Source of the DNA: Narcine bancroftii
Lineage: Eukaryota
DNA: 64,000 bases
Direction: 5' to 3'
Assembly: GCF_036971445.1 (NCBI RefSeq)
Contig: NC_091472.1
Coordinates: 122,822,001-122,886,000 of the forward strand
Shown: positions 12,651 to 24,444 of the stretch, piece by piece
Position numbering within the stretch: position 1 is the stretch's first letter
How the letters are laid out: every line of letters starts with the position of its first letter
The notes under the pieces: generated by a model
Told to the model about the DNA's origin: nothing
Database searches by the model: none
The model's input: only the letters and a program-made list of their open reading frames with translations
Program-made: the position numbers and the translations under genes

Positions 12651-13745
12651 GAGTCTGTTGAGTTCAAGGGCATGAGGGAACATCGAGAAAGCAGTGAAGC
12701 CAATGACTTTCTAACTGATGAACATTTCAGGGTTGAGAAGAGTTGAGAGGGTTTTTTTTCAATCATCTGGCTGAATATGCAGCGCGCAGATTCTCATTGA
12801 GACACTGCCATATGGGACATTAATTCTTTCTTTTAAAGCCAACTTTACAGAGCACGCTTAGTTCATTCACGAACACGTAAAAAAAAAATTCATGGGAATT
12901 AAAGTGAGGCAAAGTGACATTTGGACAGATATACAGATCAGAAAGATTTCAAAGGATATGGACCAAATGCAGGAAAATGGGACCAGCCCAGAATGCCAAT
13001 TTGGTCAGTCTGGATGAGTTGGACCAAAGGGCCTATTCTGTGCTGTCTGACTCTGTGGCCACGTTGTCAGCTAAAGGCCAATGGTGTAAGTTAACAGAAC
13101 CAGCTGAGCTGGAGACAGAGAAATGGAGTTTAGACAAAACGATTCAAACCAATCATTGAGCAGAGCAGATAAACCGCAAATGATCACACCATGAATTCAA
13201 GTGTCCATCGTTTAACATGCAAAGAGTGCCATTTGCATCGATCCAGATAGTGTCCTTTCTTTTGGTATCTACTTGGTTACATTAACGTCAAACGCCTGAG
13301 GGAGCCATAGGGTGGGTGGTGTCAATGTCACCCTATGGACAAAACCATTTGCATTACATCCTAGGTTACTCGCCGGCTTTAGACTCGGAAACAAGTGGAA
13401 AGATATAACAGTGACAATAATATTTCCGTTCCAGCTCCATCAATAATTTAAACCCAGCGATAGCACATAGGATGTTGTATTTAGGGGAGTAATATTACAG
13501 ACAACACACACAATGTAAAACTGAGCATCCACTTAATTCCGGGCCGGTAAAATTAGCAGTTTAATTTCCACAATCGTACAAACCAGCTCCACGAGCGGCC
13601 ATGGAAAGCTTTCAGTGGGAAAGAAGCTCGCCGCTGCTTGGAGAGGCTGTCTGCTTCAGGGAAGGCACGGTAAACACAGTACGGCAATGGTCCTTCCAAA
13701 AAGGGCGTGCAGACATTGGGAAGGGTGCAGACAGAGACGGTGTAC

Positions 13746-13930
13746 CTGGTTCTCTTAGTCCTTTGTCCCGCCGCTTCTGACAGTCACTCTCTGCTTGTCT
13801 CTCCGGTGAAACTGACGTCAGAAAGTGCTGACGAGAAGGAAATAGAGAGAGAGAGAGAGATAATACTGGGAATGTTCAGCATTGGGCGATCACCTGTAGA
13901 GAGATTGACGTCTTCGGGAGGTGTGTGTAA
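13746..13930 (-). promoter_or_regulatory. SLC7A4: Putative SLC7A4 promoter and non-coding first exon
   Basis: Minus-strand donor CAG|GTACA at 13746/13745; CRE TGACGTCA 13813-13820, near-CRE TGACGTCT 13906-13913, CCAAT box 13881-13885, (GA)n tract; locally CpG-rich unique sequence (about 13.5-14.5 kb). Confidence 0.55.
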
Positions 13931-14552
13931 GAGAGAAAGACAGAGGGGGGAGAGAGATACAAAAGGAGAAAGAGAGCACTGGGAGTAAAAGGACGGAGTT
14001 CAAGGGACACGGGTTTTAAGGTGACCTTCCAGGACCAGAGGACCCTTGGCCAATTCAACAGGTCTTCTGAGTCAAGCATCCTTGGAGAAGAGAGACTCCA
14101 CCAGCGACTGGATCTGCGGCTCCTTCATGGATCGGGCACTTCAGTGTGTTCCGGTGGACAGGGGTCCAATTTTTAATAGGTTGAAGACACGATGATGAAT
14201 TTATAAAAAGCGCGTTAAAAAAGGGATAAAATATCTGGTTTCCGAGCGAGAAATTGTTATAAAAAGCCCAAAGCCTTTTGGCCTTTCATAATGGAACCTA
14301 CGAGCACTTAAACGTGAAACAACCCGATCGACTTTGACCGCTGGAAAGCCGGAGTTCGAGTTACTTCGCCGACGAAGAATTAAATCGCCGAGTCTGTGTT
14401 CCGATTAATGACCACTGTCACCAACCCAAAAACACCATGAAATCTATCGGACGCGATGGGAAGTGGATCAAGTCGGGGAGGACGGATGAATTGATTTTTT
14501 TTTCTTCTTCTTTATTTAATCCTTCTGCTTGGATTTATAGATGGGCGGAGGC

Positions 14553-15390
14553 GAATTTTATCCAGTAATTTTTGGGGAGTGAATGTTGCCCTGTAATTGG
14601 CTGGGGGCGAAATTTGCCCTGTAATTGATTGGGGGCTAAATTTGCCCTGTAAATGGCTGGGGGCGCATTTTGCCCTGTAATTGGCTGGGGGCGAATGTTG
14701 CCCTGTAATTGATTGGGGGCTAAATTTGCCCTGTAATTGGCTGGGGGCGCATTTTGCCCTGTAATTGGCTGGGGGCGAATGTTGCCCTGTAATTGGCTGG
14801 GGGCTAAATTTGCCCTGTAATTGGCTGAGGGCGAATGTTGCCCTGTAATTGGCTGGGGGCGAATGTTTCCCTGTAATTGACTGGGGGCGAATTTTGCCGT
14901 GTAATTGGCTGAGGGTGAATGTTGCCCTGTAATGGCTGGTGGCAAATTTTGCGATATAATTTTTTTTGGGGGGTGTGAATTTTCTGCTGTAATTTGCAGG
15001 GGGAAAATTTTGTGCCTGTGGTGATGTTTCCTCCATTGTATATAGATATGGCTGACCAATGAATATATGCAGCTGGACACCCACTAATGACTCACCCTAT
15101 GACCCCTCCCTCATGGTCCTGGTCCATAAAGGTCCAGCCACCTTTTCTTTCCTGCCATTACTATACCTAGATCTGGGCCAGTAAGGTTCTTCTGTACATT
15201 AAAGCCTAACATTCCCTCTGCCTAGTCTTTGTGGTTACTGGTAGTGCACTACAGTGCCATAATTTGCTGGGGGGTGAATTTTGCCATGTGGATTTGCTCA
15301 GGCTTAATTTATGCTGTAATTTGCCGGGGATCAAATTTTGCTCTGTCATTGCCTGGAAGCAAACTTTGTAATTTTCTGGGGGTGAATTTT
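14553..15390. repeat. 28-bp minisatellite (GAATGTTGCCCTGTAATTGGCTGGGGGC), interrupted by a solo LTR
   Basis: About 13 well-conserved units at 14581-14943, with degenerate units on both sides and after 15258. Confidence 0.93.
15017..15253 (+). mobile_element. Solo LTR, 237 bp
   Basis: TGTGGTG...CACTACA termini; perfect 5-bp TSD GTGCC (15012-15016 and 15254-15258); internal CATAAA and ATTAAA. Confidence 0.85.
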
Positions 15391-16139
15391 TCACTCCAAA
15401 TTTTGCACTGTAGATTTAATTACAAAAAGTGCAGTGTTGCTTTAAAAGATGTCTAATAGACTAGAGCACCCATTCTGAATACCTGGACCCTAGAGAGTGG
15501 AGCAACAGGGCGACCATGTGCTGGAGAAGCAGCAGATCACGCAGCATTCATGGAAATCATTGGGCAATCGATGACTTGGGTTTGAGCCCTTCTTCAGGTA
15601 TGCTGAAAGATGGTAGGTGGGTGAAAGAAGAAGGGGGTTAAATAGGCTATCAGCTAATATATGGATTTTGGTGGGAGGGGGAAGAAGCTGAGAGGTGATG
15701 GGGAGGAAGCAGAGGACTGAGGAAGATGCGTTCTGATAGGATAAAGGAACGAAAGGGGTTGGGGAGCTGAAGGAAGTGAGTCAGGTGGATGAGGGAAAGC
15801 AAAAGAAAGGAGGGGGTTTGTAAGGATGCTGTAGACCTACAACTCCCTACAGCTGGGAGCTCCAAGATGGAAAATAAAGCTTTTTAGTATTTGACTGGAA
15901 GATCATGCTACAAATGTATAAAACTGGGTCAGCTACAGCTAGAATAAGACACACTTTTGGTGCCATGCAAAAAGGAGAGGGTGCAGATGTTGAAGAGTTT
16001 GGACTGGAAACTTCGACCATTTTTCATCTACTCAAGCTGGTCCACCCCCCCAAGTTCCTCCAGCAGTTTGTGTTTGGTTTAAGATTCCAGCATCTTCAGT
16101 CTCCTAACGGTCTGCCTGGGAATGGAATGTTTCCTTTAT

Positions 16140-16570
16140 GAAGAATCAAAATCAGAATTTATTGTCATGAACATGTAACAAAATTCATTGTTTTGTGGCA
16201 GCTTCACAGTGCAAACATTTATGTAAAGCACCTTACAAAATAAATAAAAATAGCGCAAGAAAAAGTGAAAGTAAGGCAGTGTCTGTGGATCATTGGATCA
16301 TTCAGGAATCTGATGGCAGAGAGGGGAGAAGCTGTCCTATGCCACTGAGTGTTCATCAGGCTTCCATATATTTTTCCTGATGGTAGCAGAGTGAAGAGGG
16401 CAAGGGCCTGGGTGGTGGTGGTCCTTGAGGATAGAGATTGCTTTCTTTAGACACTGGCTCCTGTCACAGGCTGAATTAACAATTCTCTGGAGCTTTTCTT
16501 GTTCTAAGCGTTGGCATCTTCATACCAGACAGTAATGCAACCTAACAGAATGTTCACAGTACATCAGGAT
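16140..16570 (-). mobile_element. Rex1/Babar-like LINE 3' end
   Basis: Reverse complement of the 3' end at 55900-56325 (KAISILKDHHHP-like peptide, ACAATAAATTCTGATT tail). Confidence 0.65.
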
Positions 16571-18445
16571 GATTCAAATGCTCAGTATTCACAGTGAGAT
16601 ATTAAACTGGGTTAGACATTGGCTATACAGGAGAAGCTAGAGTGGTAGTGGATGATTGCTTTTCAGAGTAGAGGCCGGTGACTAGTGGTGTGCCTCAGAG
16701 ATCAGTGCTGGGCCCATTGTTGTTTGTCATCTATATCAATGATCTAGAAGATAATGTTGTAAATTAGATCAGCAAGTTTGCAGATGACAAAGATTGGAGG
16801 CATTGTGAACAGTGAGGAAGGCTATCAAAGATTGCAGAGGGATCTGGATCAGCTGGAAAAATGGAAGGTGGAATTTAATGCAGATCAGTGAGAGGTATTG
16901 CACTTTGAAAGGAGAAGGCAAGGTAGAACATACACGGTAAATGGTAGGGTACAGAAGAGTGCGGCAAAACAGATGGATCTAGGAGTACAGATACACAATT
17001 CCCTGAAGGTGGCATCATAGGTAGTTAAGGTTGTAAAGAAGCTTTTGGCATATTAACCTTCATAAATCAAAGTATCGAGTATAGGAGTTGGGATGTTATG
17101 GCAAAGTTGCACATGGTTATTTTGGTGAGGCCAAATTCGGAGTATTGTGGTCACCTAACTACAAGAAAGAAATCAATAAATTTGAAAGAATACAGAGAAG
17201 ATTTACTACAATGTTACCAGGTCAGGAGATTTGATGGAGGTATATTACGAGGGTATAGATCAGGGGTGTCAAACTCAAATTCACGGAGGGCCAAAATTAA
17301 AAACTTGGACTAAGTCGAGGGCCGAACTAGATATTTATTGAAAATTTTCAACAACATCTGCATGTTTTCTCTTCTTTCAACATATGTAATGTTAAACTTT
17401 TTCTTATTAAAATAAATGTTTAATAATAGTTTTGGATAAACTCTTTCCAAAAGCATTAACAAATGAGAAATAAAATATTCAATAAATAATATTTCTCTAT
17501 AGAGGATTTGTCAAATGTTGCTAGTGTGCTGTCGAATAGTAAAATCTGAGGGCTATTGAGAATGTGGGAGAATAACATGATTCCTGAAACAATCAAATGG
17601 GTGACTGATTGTGGGCATGAACTCTAGCAGGGTTTCCTAATGAGCTTGTATCCAGGTGCAGGACCATTTTTAACCAGGAATATATTTATCACTTTGACAC
17701 GAAACTATTGGAAGATCGTTTTATCCTGAGATTAAAGTTCATAATCCTTACTCAGGCTTGTGTGCGGGAGGGCGGGGTTTGCGGGCGATCGGGTTGGACA
17801 ACGACAGTGTGGGGGTATCGGCTCTCGCTGCAGGGCGGCATCTCGGCGGATCAGCGGCCCCGTCACCGTGAGTCGTGGATCGGCCTGCGGCAGGGAGGGG
17901 GAGTGGGCTACGGTCCTAGCGAGGTCAGGCCCGAGGCCTCCGGTTCCGGGCACCGGGAAGCAGCCTTGGCTTCCCCTGACACCGGCCAGGCCCCAAAACC
18001 AGAGTCCACAGTGAGACCCTGCAGAGGAGGTGGGGGCGATTAGCGGGCTGACGCCAATGCATTCTGGGATTTGTCGTATTACTGTGCATGCGCTATACTG
18101 GCACGGCGGCCAGCGGGCCACCTCCAATACATTTTTGAAATGATCTTGCGGGCCAAATATAATTATATCGGGCCAGAGTTTGACATGTGTGGTATAGATG
18201 AAGTAAATGCAAGAAGGCTTTTTCTAGTGAGGTTAGGTGAGATTCAAAGCAGCTTCTTCACAGAGTGGTGGGAGTGTGGAACAAGCTGCTAGCTAAACTG
18301 GTGAATGCAAGCTAAATTTTAACATTTAAGAACAATTTGGACATGTTCATGGTTGGGAAGGGTATGGAGGAATATGGACTGGGTGCATAGGGACTAGGGA
18401 GAATAGTTTGGAACAGGCCTTTTCTTCTGTGCTGCAATGTTCTCT
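16570..18445 (+). mobile_element. CR1 LINE 3' fragment split by a hAT element
   Basis: [22 protein letters not shown] and ISKFADD motifs; sequence resumes after 18199. Confidence 0.85.
17261..18191. mobile_element. Non-autonomous hAT DNA transposon, copy 1 (931 bp)
   Basis: Ends CAGGGGTGTCAAACTC and GAGTTTGACATGTGTG; perfect 8-bp TSD GTATAGAT (17253-17260 and 18192-18199). Confidence 0.9.
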
Positions 18446-19440
18446 GATTCTTGGTATGTGGTTTTCCGCATTTCTGATAAAGGGCTCAGGGCCAAAACAT
18501 TGGTTGTCTTTTATTTTCTATGGATGCTGTGCAACCTGCTTAGTTTTTTCTGAACTTGTGTATTCCACTCGATCTCATCGTCTGCACATTTTCTTATAAG
18601 ACACAAAAAAATTGTTTAAAAGGAACTAAAAACACCACATGAAAGATTATGTGCTTGAAACTCAACCCACTCTCTCAGGTGAGTTTGCAAGTCAATTGAT
18701 GCAAAGGCACTAAAAGGATGGGCAAAAAATCCTAGACTGGTTTGCAATGACTCTCATGGGGCTAGCATGAAAAAAAAAAGTTGATTAAAAAACACAAATG
18801 ACTGAAATATCTATCCAAAACATCTGATTTTTCACTATTTTGTGCAAAGGGTAGAAATTCTCATCTTCCACTCCATGGAAATGCACCTCAAATGTAATCA
18901 AATTCAAACACAAAATAAATGGGGATTTAACCCATTACAAATCTTGTTATTTTCTGATGACATTTCACCACCAGTTTTAAGGGGAAAACACAAGATAACC
19001 AGTTTAATGGTGCTAATTCTTAGGTACTTAAAAAAATATATCATCTTCGGATCACCTGACAATCCTTGACTAAGGAGCAAGTCCTATCAAGATACAATCT
19101 CACCAGAGCACATTAAAAAAAAAGCTACTGCAGATATTCCAATCAATGTTTAAGACAACCTGTTATCAGGTTCTCAAAATAAGAGAAATGTCACCTTAAA
19201 ATATCAAGTTGAGATACTGAATACTAAAGATAATTGGACACCAAGTTACATTCATGGAACTTTTAAACTCTAAAAATAACTAATGGCTTCTGGTCTCAGC
19301 CATTTTGTGATGTCTCATGATTCTATTTGGTTCAGCTGTACATTTCAGTTATCCAATTAAAGAAAGCAGGGCTACGAGTGTGTTTACAAGACCAGAATTT
19401 GATTGACACCAAAACACAACATTGATAGAATTCTAAGAAT

Positions 19441-19907
19441 TTTATTCAGCAATGTGAAAAGTAAATTACTGAGTTATTTAAAGAACCACATGCAGATGTA
19501 GAGCACACCAAATGCAATAAATAACACTGATTTGTTAAGGCAATTTCAGAACCAAACCAAGGAAAAATTTTGGCAGCTCAATGAGTGATTCTGGTAAGAT
19601 AGCCAAACCTCTGGCTTTCCTGTTGGTGATTTGAACTTATCTTCTTGTACGAGTTATTTTCTAGCTTTGTACTAACTGAATATACTTAGGCAAAACATTT
19701 CAGATATTTGGATGCCAGGTTCAGTACCCAAGTACATTTAACTTTTAAAAAAAAACAATGATTATACACAATTTTGCAATGAATCACAATTTTTAGCATC
19801 AGTTATAGTCTGAAAAACTAATTACAACTTTCCCTCATCAGTACTTCATTGATTTAAATTTGTTCCACTTACCTTAAGATTAAAGGAAAACTGGACATTT
19901 ATTTATT
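19441..19907 (-). terminator. DGCR6: Candidate DGCR6 polyadenylation signals
   Basis: Minus-strand AATAAA at 19907-19902, 19903-19898 and 19446-19441 in AT-rich unique sequence downstream of the stop; which is used cannot be determined. Confidence 0.4.
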
Positions 19908-20340
19908 GATCCTTTCAAAGATCTTGGTCAATTTGGACAAAATAGACTAGACCAGACTGAAAGGTCAGGTGCAAGTTGTGCCATGAGAAAACAATGCATT
20001 CGCAAAGTGGTACAATGCATGTTAAACATCCCATATATAAAAAGCAACAGTGAACACACAAAAGGATGAAATAAAACACTGATGTGGGCATTATTTAAAC
20101 CACAATCAGCTTTCATGGTTTATATTAAATACCTTGACATGACATTTAATACTGGAGACATACAAAAACCTTGTGAATTAACCAAACAGGATTCATCTAA
20201 GTACATACTGGGCAAATTAGCATTGTTCAGTGGATAACAAAGGCTTTGGCTCTGGCGCCATTTCCAATGACTGCTGGAAATTTTGTGATGAAACTAGTCT
20301 TCCTCCACTGTACTTTTTCCAAACTGGACCCAATCCTGGA

Positions 20341-20418
20341 TCAGCAGATCCCCAACTCAGATACTTTCTGTTGCATTTTTAAGATCAGTTCCAGCAAATT
20401 CATCTGTAACGTCAGCTC
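20341..20418 (-). CDS. DGCR6: DGCR6 last coding exon
   Basis: ELTLQMNLLELILKMQQKVSELGIC then TGA; TGCAG acceptor; total CDS 591 nt = 196 aa plus stop. Confidence 0.94.
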   Translation of the reverse strand, partial: ELTLQMNLLELILKMQQKVSELGIC

Positions 20419-21191
20419 CTGCACAATGAAGAGTAACAAAACTGGTTAAATCATGAATAAAAGTTTTCCTAAGCTTTAAATACATATCAAGGTTATAATT
20501 TTTTTGTCCATAATTCTGTATCTTATAATCCTATCATCTAAAACATCGCCTATACTATAAAAAAAAATCTACCCAAGGAACTCAACTGGTCAAACATCAT
20601 CAATAGGGAAGAAAGGAATCGTAAATGTTTTGAGCCAACTCCCTTCATCAAGGTTGTATTTTTTTGATAGTTTTTTGCTAAAGATCCCAGCATTTATAGG
20701 TTCTTGTGTCTCCTATCCTTACCCGTATTGATTCCTGACATGCTACCATTCAACTATTGACCAGAGCAAGCTTGTCATATCAGCCTATTGTTGGCAGGCT
20801 ACTTGATTTTGCATCGTAGCTGATTCCAGATCCTCAGGATACTCATTTGCACTTCCAGGATAGGCTGCTGAATGGCAAGAATAAGCTTTTAATCCTTTCC
20901 CTAACTCAGGTGCAATCCACCAATTATGGTCAGAAATGACACAATTTATCAGAGATTGTCACAAGGCACACAAATGCATTTGTTATTCATTAATGATTTT
21001 TCACAAAGCCTTGCAAGTATAACTGGCCTTAGTTAAGACCTGCAAGGAGCTAGAATGCACATCTTGTAATTTGCTGAGTGCACTTTCTAAGCTTCAGCTC
21101 GAATCTGCCAAGGCAAAATATTGAAAACATCATGAAACTAAAATAAAATCAGGGTATAATAGAAATGCTCAGCTGGTTAACCAACATTTTT

Positions 21192-21692
21192 TTTTTATTT
21201 TTTAAATTTTTTATTTTTCACACCATAAAACACGTTAGCCATGATATACACTTTTTCATTTTCACACATATACAGTGACTTTTTCTCCCCCCCCCCTCCC
21301 TCCTCCCAAGCCACCCCCCCCACCCCCCCCTCTCATCCATTTTAGGTATACAATCTAAGTTGCATTAAGTCAGTCAGACAATGTTGTCATTCAACAAAAA
21401 TACACCAGAAATTCTACTGAGTCCATTCTTTTCTTTTCTTCTCCTTCCATCAACTTAGGTAATGTTTGTTCCCGGTAGGTTTTCGCTATTGTATTTAATG
21501 TAAGGCTCCCATACTTGTTCGAATATTTCAATATTATTTCTTAAACTATATGTTATTTTTTCTAATGGAATACATTTATTCATTTCTATATACCATTGTT
21601 GTATTTTCAAATTATCTTCCAATTTCCAGGTTGACATAATACATTTTTTTGCTACGGCTAGGGCTATCTTAACAAATCTTTTTTGTGCATCT
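21192..21692 (-). mobile_element. 5'-truncated L1-clade LINE insertion
   Basis: Poly(A) tail, G-rich 3' UTR, ORF2 C-terminus CIPLEKITY; 16-bp TSD GTTAACCAACATTTTT (21176-21191 and 21693-21708). Confidence 0.9.
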
Positions 21693-22018
21693 GTTAACCA
21701 ACATTTTTGAAGAGGAAGTGTTCACATCTCTTTAAAGACTTCTTGTCAGAACTGGAGAAAGGTTACTGATTAGTCTGGATTTCTTTGTCTACTAAATGCA
21801 GCCCATCTGTTGAGTATTTTTTTTAAAAGAAATTATATCTGCATATTTGAGTTAGCGTAACAAGAGCTTGTGACTGAAGCATTCACAAATTTAAAAGTTT
21901 AATGGTAAATGCATCTCGTTTATTTTCTGAAATGTAATCAACAATGAACTAGCTGAAAGAAAAGCAACTCTTTAAGACAGATAAATATTAATACTCGAGA
22001 CAATTTTTAAAGATTTAC

Positions 22019-22159
22019 CTGAGGATTTGTAGTAATATAAAATCCTGGAACACCAGCCTTCTCCAGAGTGTTCTGTTGATCAATCACTTTCTGATCCAGT
22101 TCTAAGACAATTTTCTCATCCATCATCCTTTGTTCTTCTTTAATTCTTTGCTCTAGAGC
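22019..22159 (-). CDS. DGCR6: DGCR6 coding exon 4
   Basis: [47 protein letters not shown]; TTTCTAG acceptor, GTAAAT donor; 141 nt. Confidence 0.96.
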
Positions 22160-22996
22160 CTAGAAAACAGTGATCAATGAAAGAGAAGAAGAAAGAAAAC
22201 AAAGATTTGTTTTAAAAGGACTCAAAACATAGTTTAATCATCCCTTACTCTACTATAATTTCATTTCAGCAATCGGAAGAATGATACTCATGAGCCACAA
22301 TTAACATTGACTCCCTCCATTGCTGATGTACCTCATCATGCACTGCAGTAACACATCAGCCTTTGCTAAACAGGATCTCAAATCCCTTGCCATGTGCATC
22401 TAGCAGCACATCCAGAATAAGGACCTCCACAAATTGCATACTTCCCTTCCAAGTTGCACAGACCAGAAATGTAAATGTATTGGTGCTCTTCCCTCAGTCA
22501 ATACCTTTCAACCCAATAGTTTTTTGCAGCACCTGTGCCACACATATTTGAACGGTTCTAGGCAGCAGGTCTGCATCCCAGTCTCTGGGGCTATTATAGA
22601 AAGGTATTGACTACGTAATTTGCTAGATGTTCAATGGTATTAGTTTCCAACCTATCACTGTTAGGAGGTGACCACTTGAAAACTCAAATTATAATCAGCT
22701 ATGTATTGGGCAACCTGAATATTTCCAATAAAGGATAAATATTCAGAAATTAAAATTCGATTTGAAATAAAAATGAAAAGAAAAATAATTATGGCATTTA
22801 CCTTTGTCATTTATATTTAAGGACAGGAATGCTTTGTGATAGGAACAGATATCTCAATACTTTTATTAGTCTGCACTTTCTGTATATTATATTAAAATTA
22901 CCAACACAATAGTCGACAAAGTTCACATGCAGACTTGAAAATAAATCAAGATAATCCCTGAACTGTGCCAAAATCGGATGATCAGAATAGACGTAC

Positions 22997-23097
22997 CTCC
23001 AGCTCTCTTTGCTGTGTAGTACGGAGCACTGTTAGATTGTGAATCTTACAGCCTTGCAGGGCTTCCTTGTGTTTTCTTAGCAGCTCCTGTTTAAGAG
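22997..23097 (-). CDS. DGCR6: DGCR6 coding exon 3
   Basis: LKQELLRKHKEALQGCKIHNLTVLRTTQQRELE; TTTTTAG acceptor, GTACGT donor; 101 nt. Confidence 0.94.
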
Positions 23098-23184
23098 CTA
23101 AAAATCAAGAAAAAGTGTGCAATATATTTTTCCAATAAGTTATTTTATCAGAATATTGCAATAAAGTTCACATTTAATTTTTTT

Positions 23185-23400
23185 TTAAATTTAGACATTC
23201 AGCACGGTAACAGGCCCTTTTGGCCAATGAGCCCATGGTGTCCAATTACACCCAACTGACCTACATCCCCTAGTACCATTTTTAAGGGTGGGAGGAAACT
23301 TGACTCCCCCAGGAGAAACACATGCAGACACAGGGAGAATATATAAACTCTACAGAGAGCGCAGGATTCATACCCTAGTCCCAGCATTGCACTAACCGTG
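23185..23400 (-). mobile_element. tRNA-derived SINE
   Basis: Reverse complement of the 62648-62905 family. Confidence 0.7.
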
Positions 23401-24283
23401 ATTTCTAAGTGTTGATTTCTAAGTCAACATTTGAAATAAAGTCGTTCTCATAAATTATGTAGAACTAACACTGTATCATAACCATTTTAGTGTTACATTG
23501 GATTCTTGGATCAACTAATGTCTCTTTGTAGCACATCAGGTTATGGTCTGATAGTACATCTTTATGGATTTCAGAATGCTTTAGTGCATTAAGGGCAACA
23601 TTTAAATGCAAGTTGGTTTAAACCTGCAGTAAGGCCACTGAACCCACATTGAGGAAATAAGGCAATGGCTCCAGGAACATTCATTTGATGGAATAAAGAC
23701 TTGCTCCCTTCATGATGGGATATGGCTGACTGTTGTTATTAGCATATGAAATGGATTCAGCCAAGCGAAACAAACAGTAAGTATCCATATTCCTGAATAT
23801 GAAGGGATCATACTCTGACAGAATGCAGGCCCTTGCCTGTCTTGACTTGTCTCAGAGCATCTTTTGATGCAGTGGCAGATTGAAGCTAGATGAACTTTCA
23901 CAACACAATACATTTGAGTATTCATTTCATGATTGCCTGAGGAAGTGGATGATTCAAATAGCTTGCTAAGTTTACCACCCAAAGAGAAACTCGACAGAAC
24001 CAGTAAAATTTCATGCTCTATTATGAAGGTCAGCTGATCTGAAATATTAACCATTATTCTCTCCACAAGTGCTCCATTTTCTTATTTTATGTCAGATGTT
24101 CAGGATCTGCAACATTTTCTATTCTTGGAGAATCTTGATCATTCGTGTTTGAAGCAAACTGACAAACTAGTATTCAGCCAAGTGTCAGTCTCGCTAAAGG
24201 TAACTGAGGCTTTTGTGCTATTGGCTTATTCTGTTTCACCGTTTAAACTGTTCAAGTTCTGTTCTCAATCACAGTATTCCTAC

Positions 24284-24444
24284 CTCTGTGCTCACTGTGC
24301 AGTTTCAGGCGCTGGTTGTAGAGATTTTTCTCAGTCAAATGTTGAATCTCAAGCAAACCCTGCACAATCTCAAAGACAGTGCCATCAATCAAAGCCAAGG
24401 CCAGGTTACTCAGTGTGTCATAGGACAAACGTTGTTGGCATGAG
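24284..24444 (-). CDS. DGCR6: DGCR6 coding exon 2
   Basis: [53 protein letters not shown] is the highly conserved DGCR6/gonadal core; AG and GTAGG boundaries; 161 nt. Confidence 0.96.

Noticed and set aside
14581-14943. CRISPR-like array
   Set aside because: Units are head-to-tail with no unique spacers, there are no cas genes, and the context is eukaryotic.
14512-15084. Two long repetitive ORFs (190 and 181 aa)
   Set aside because: By-products of a stop-free 28-bp repeat; the same peptides rotate through the frames and the starts lie inside a solo LTR.
17708-18127. Cluster of GC-rich ORFs (also 30253-30712)
   Set aside because: Inside non-autonomous hAT elements, open on both strands because of GC content, with no transposase or other recognisable motif.
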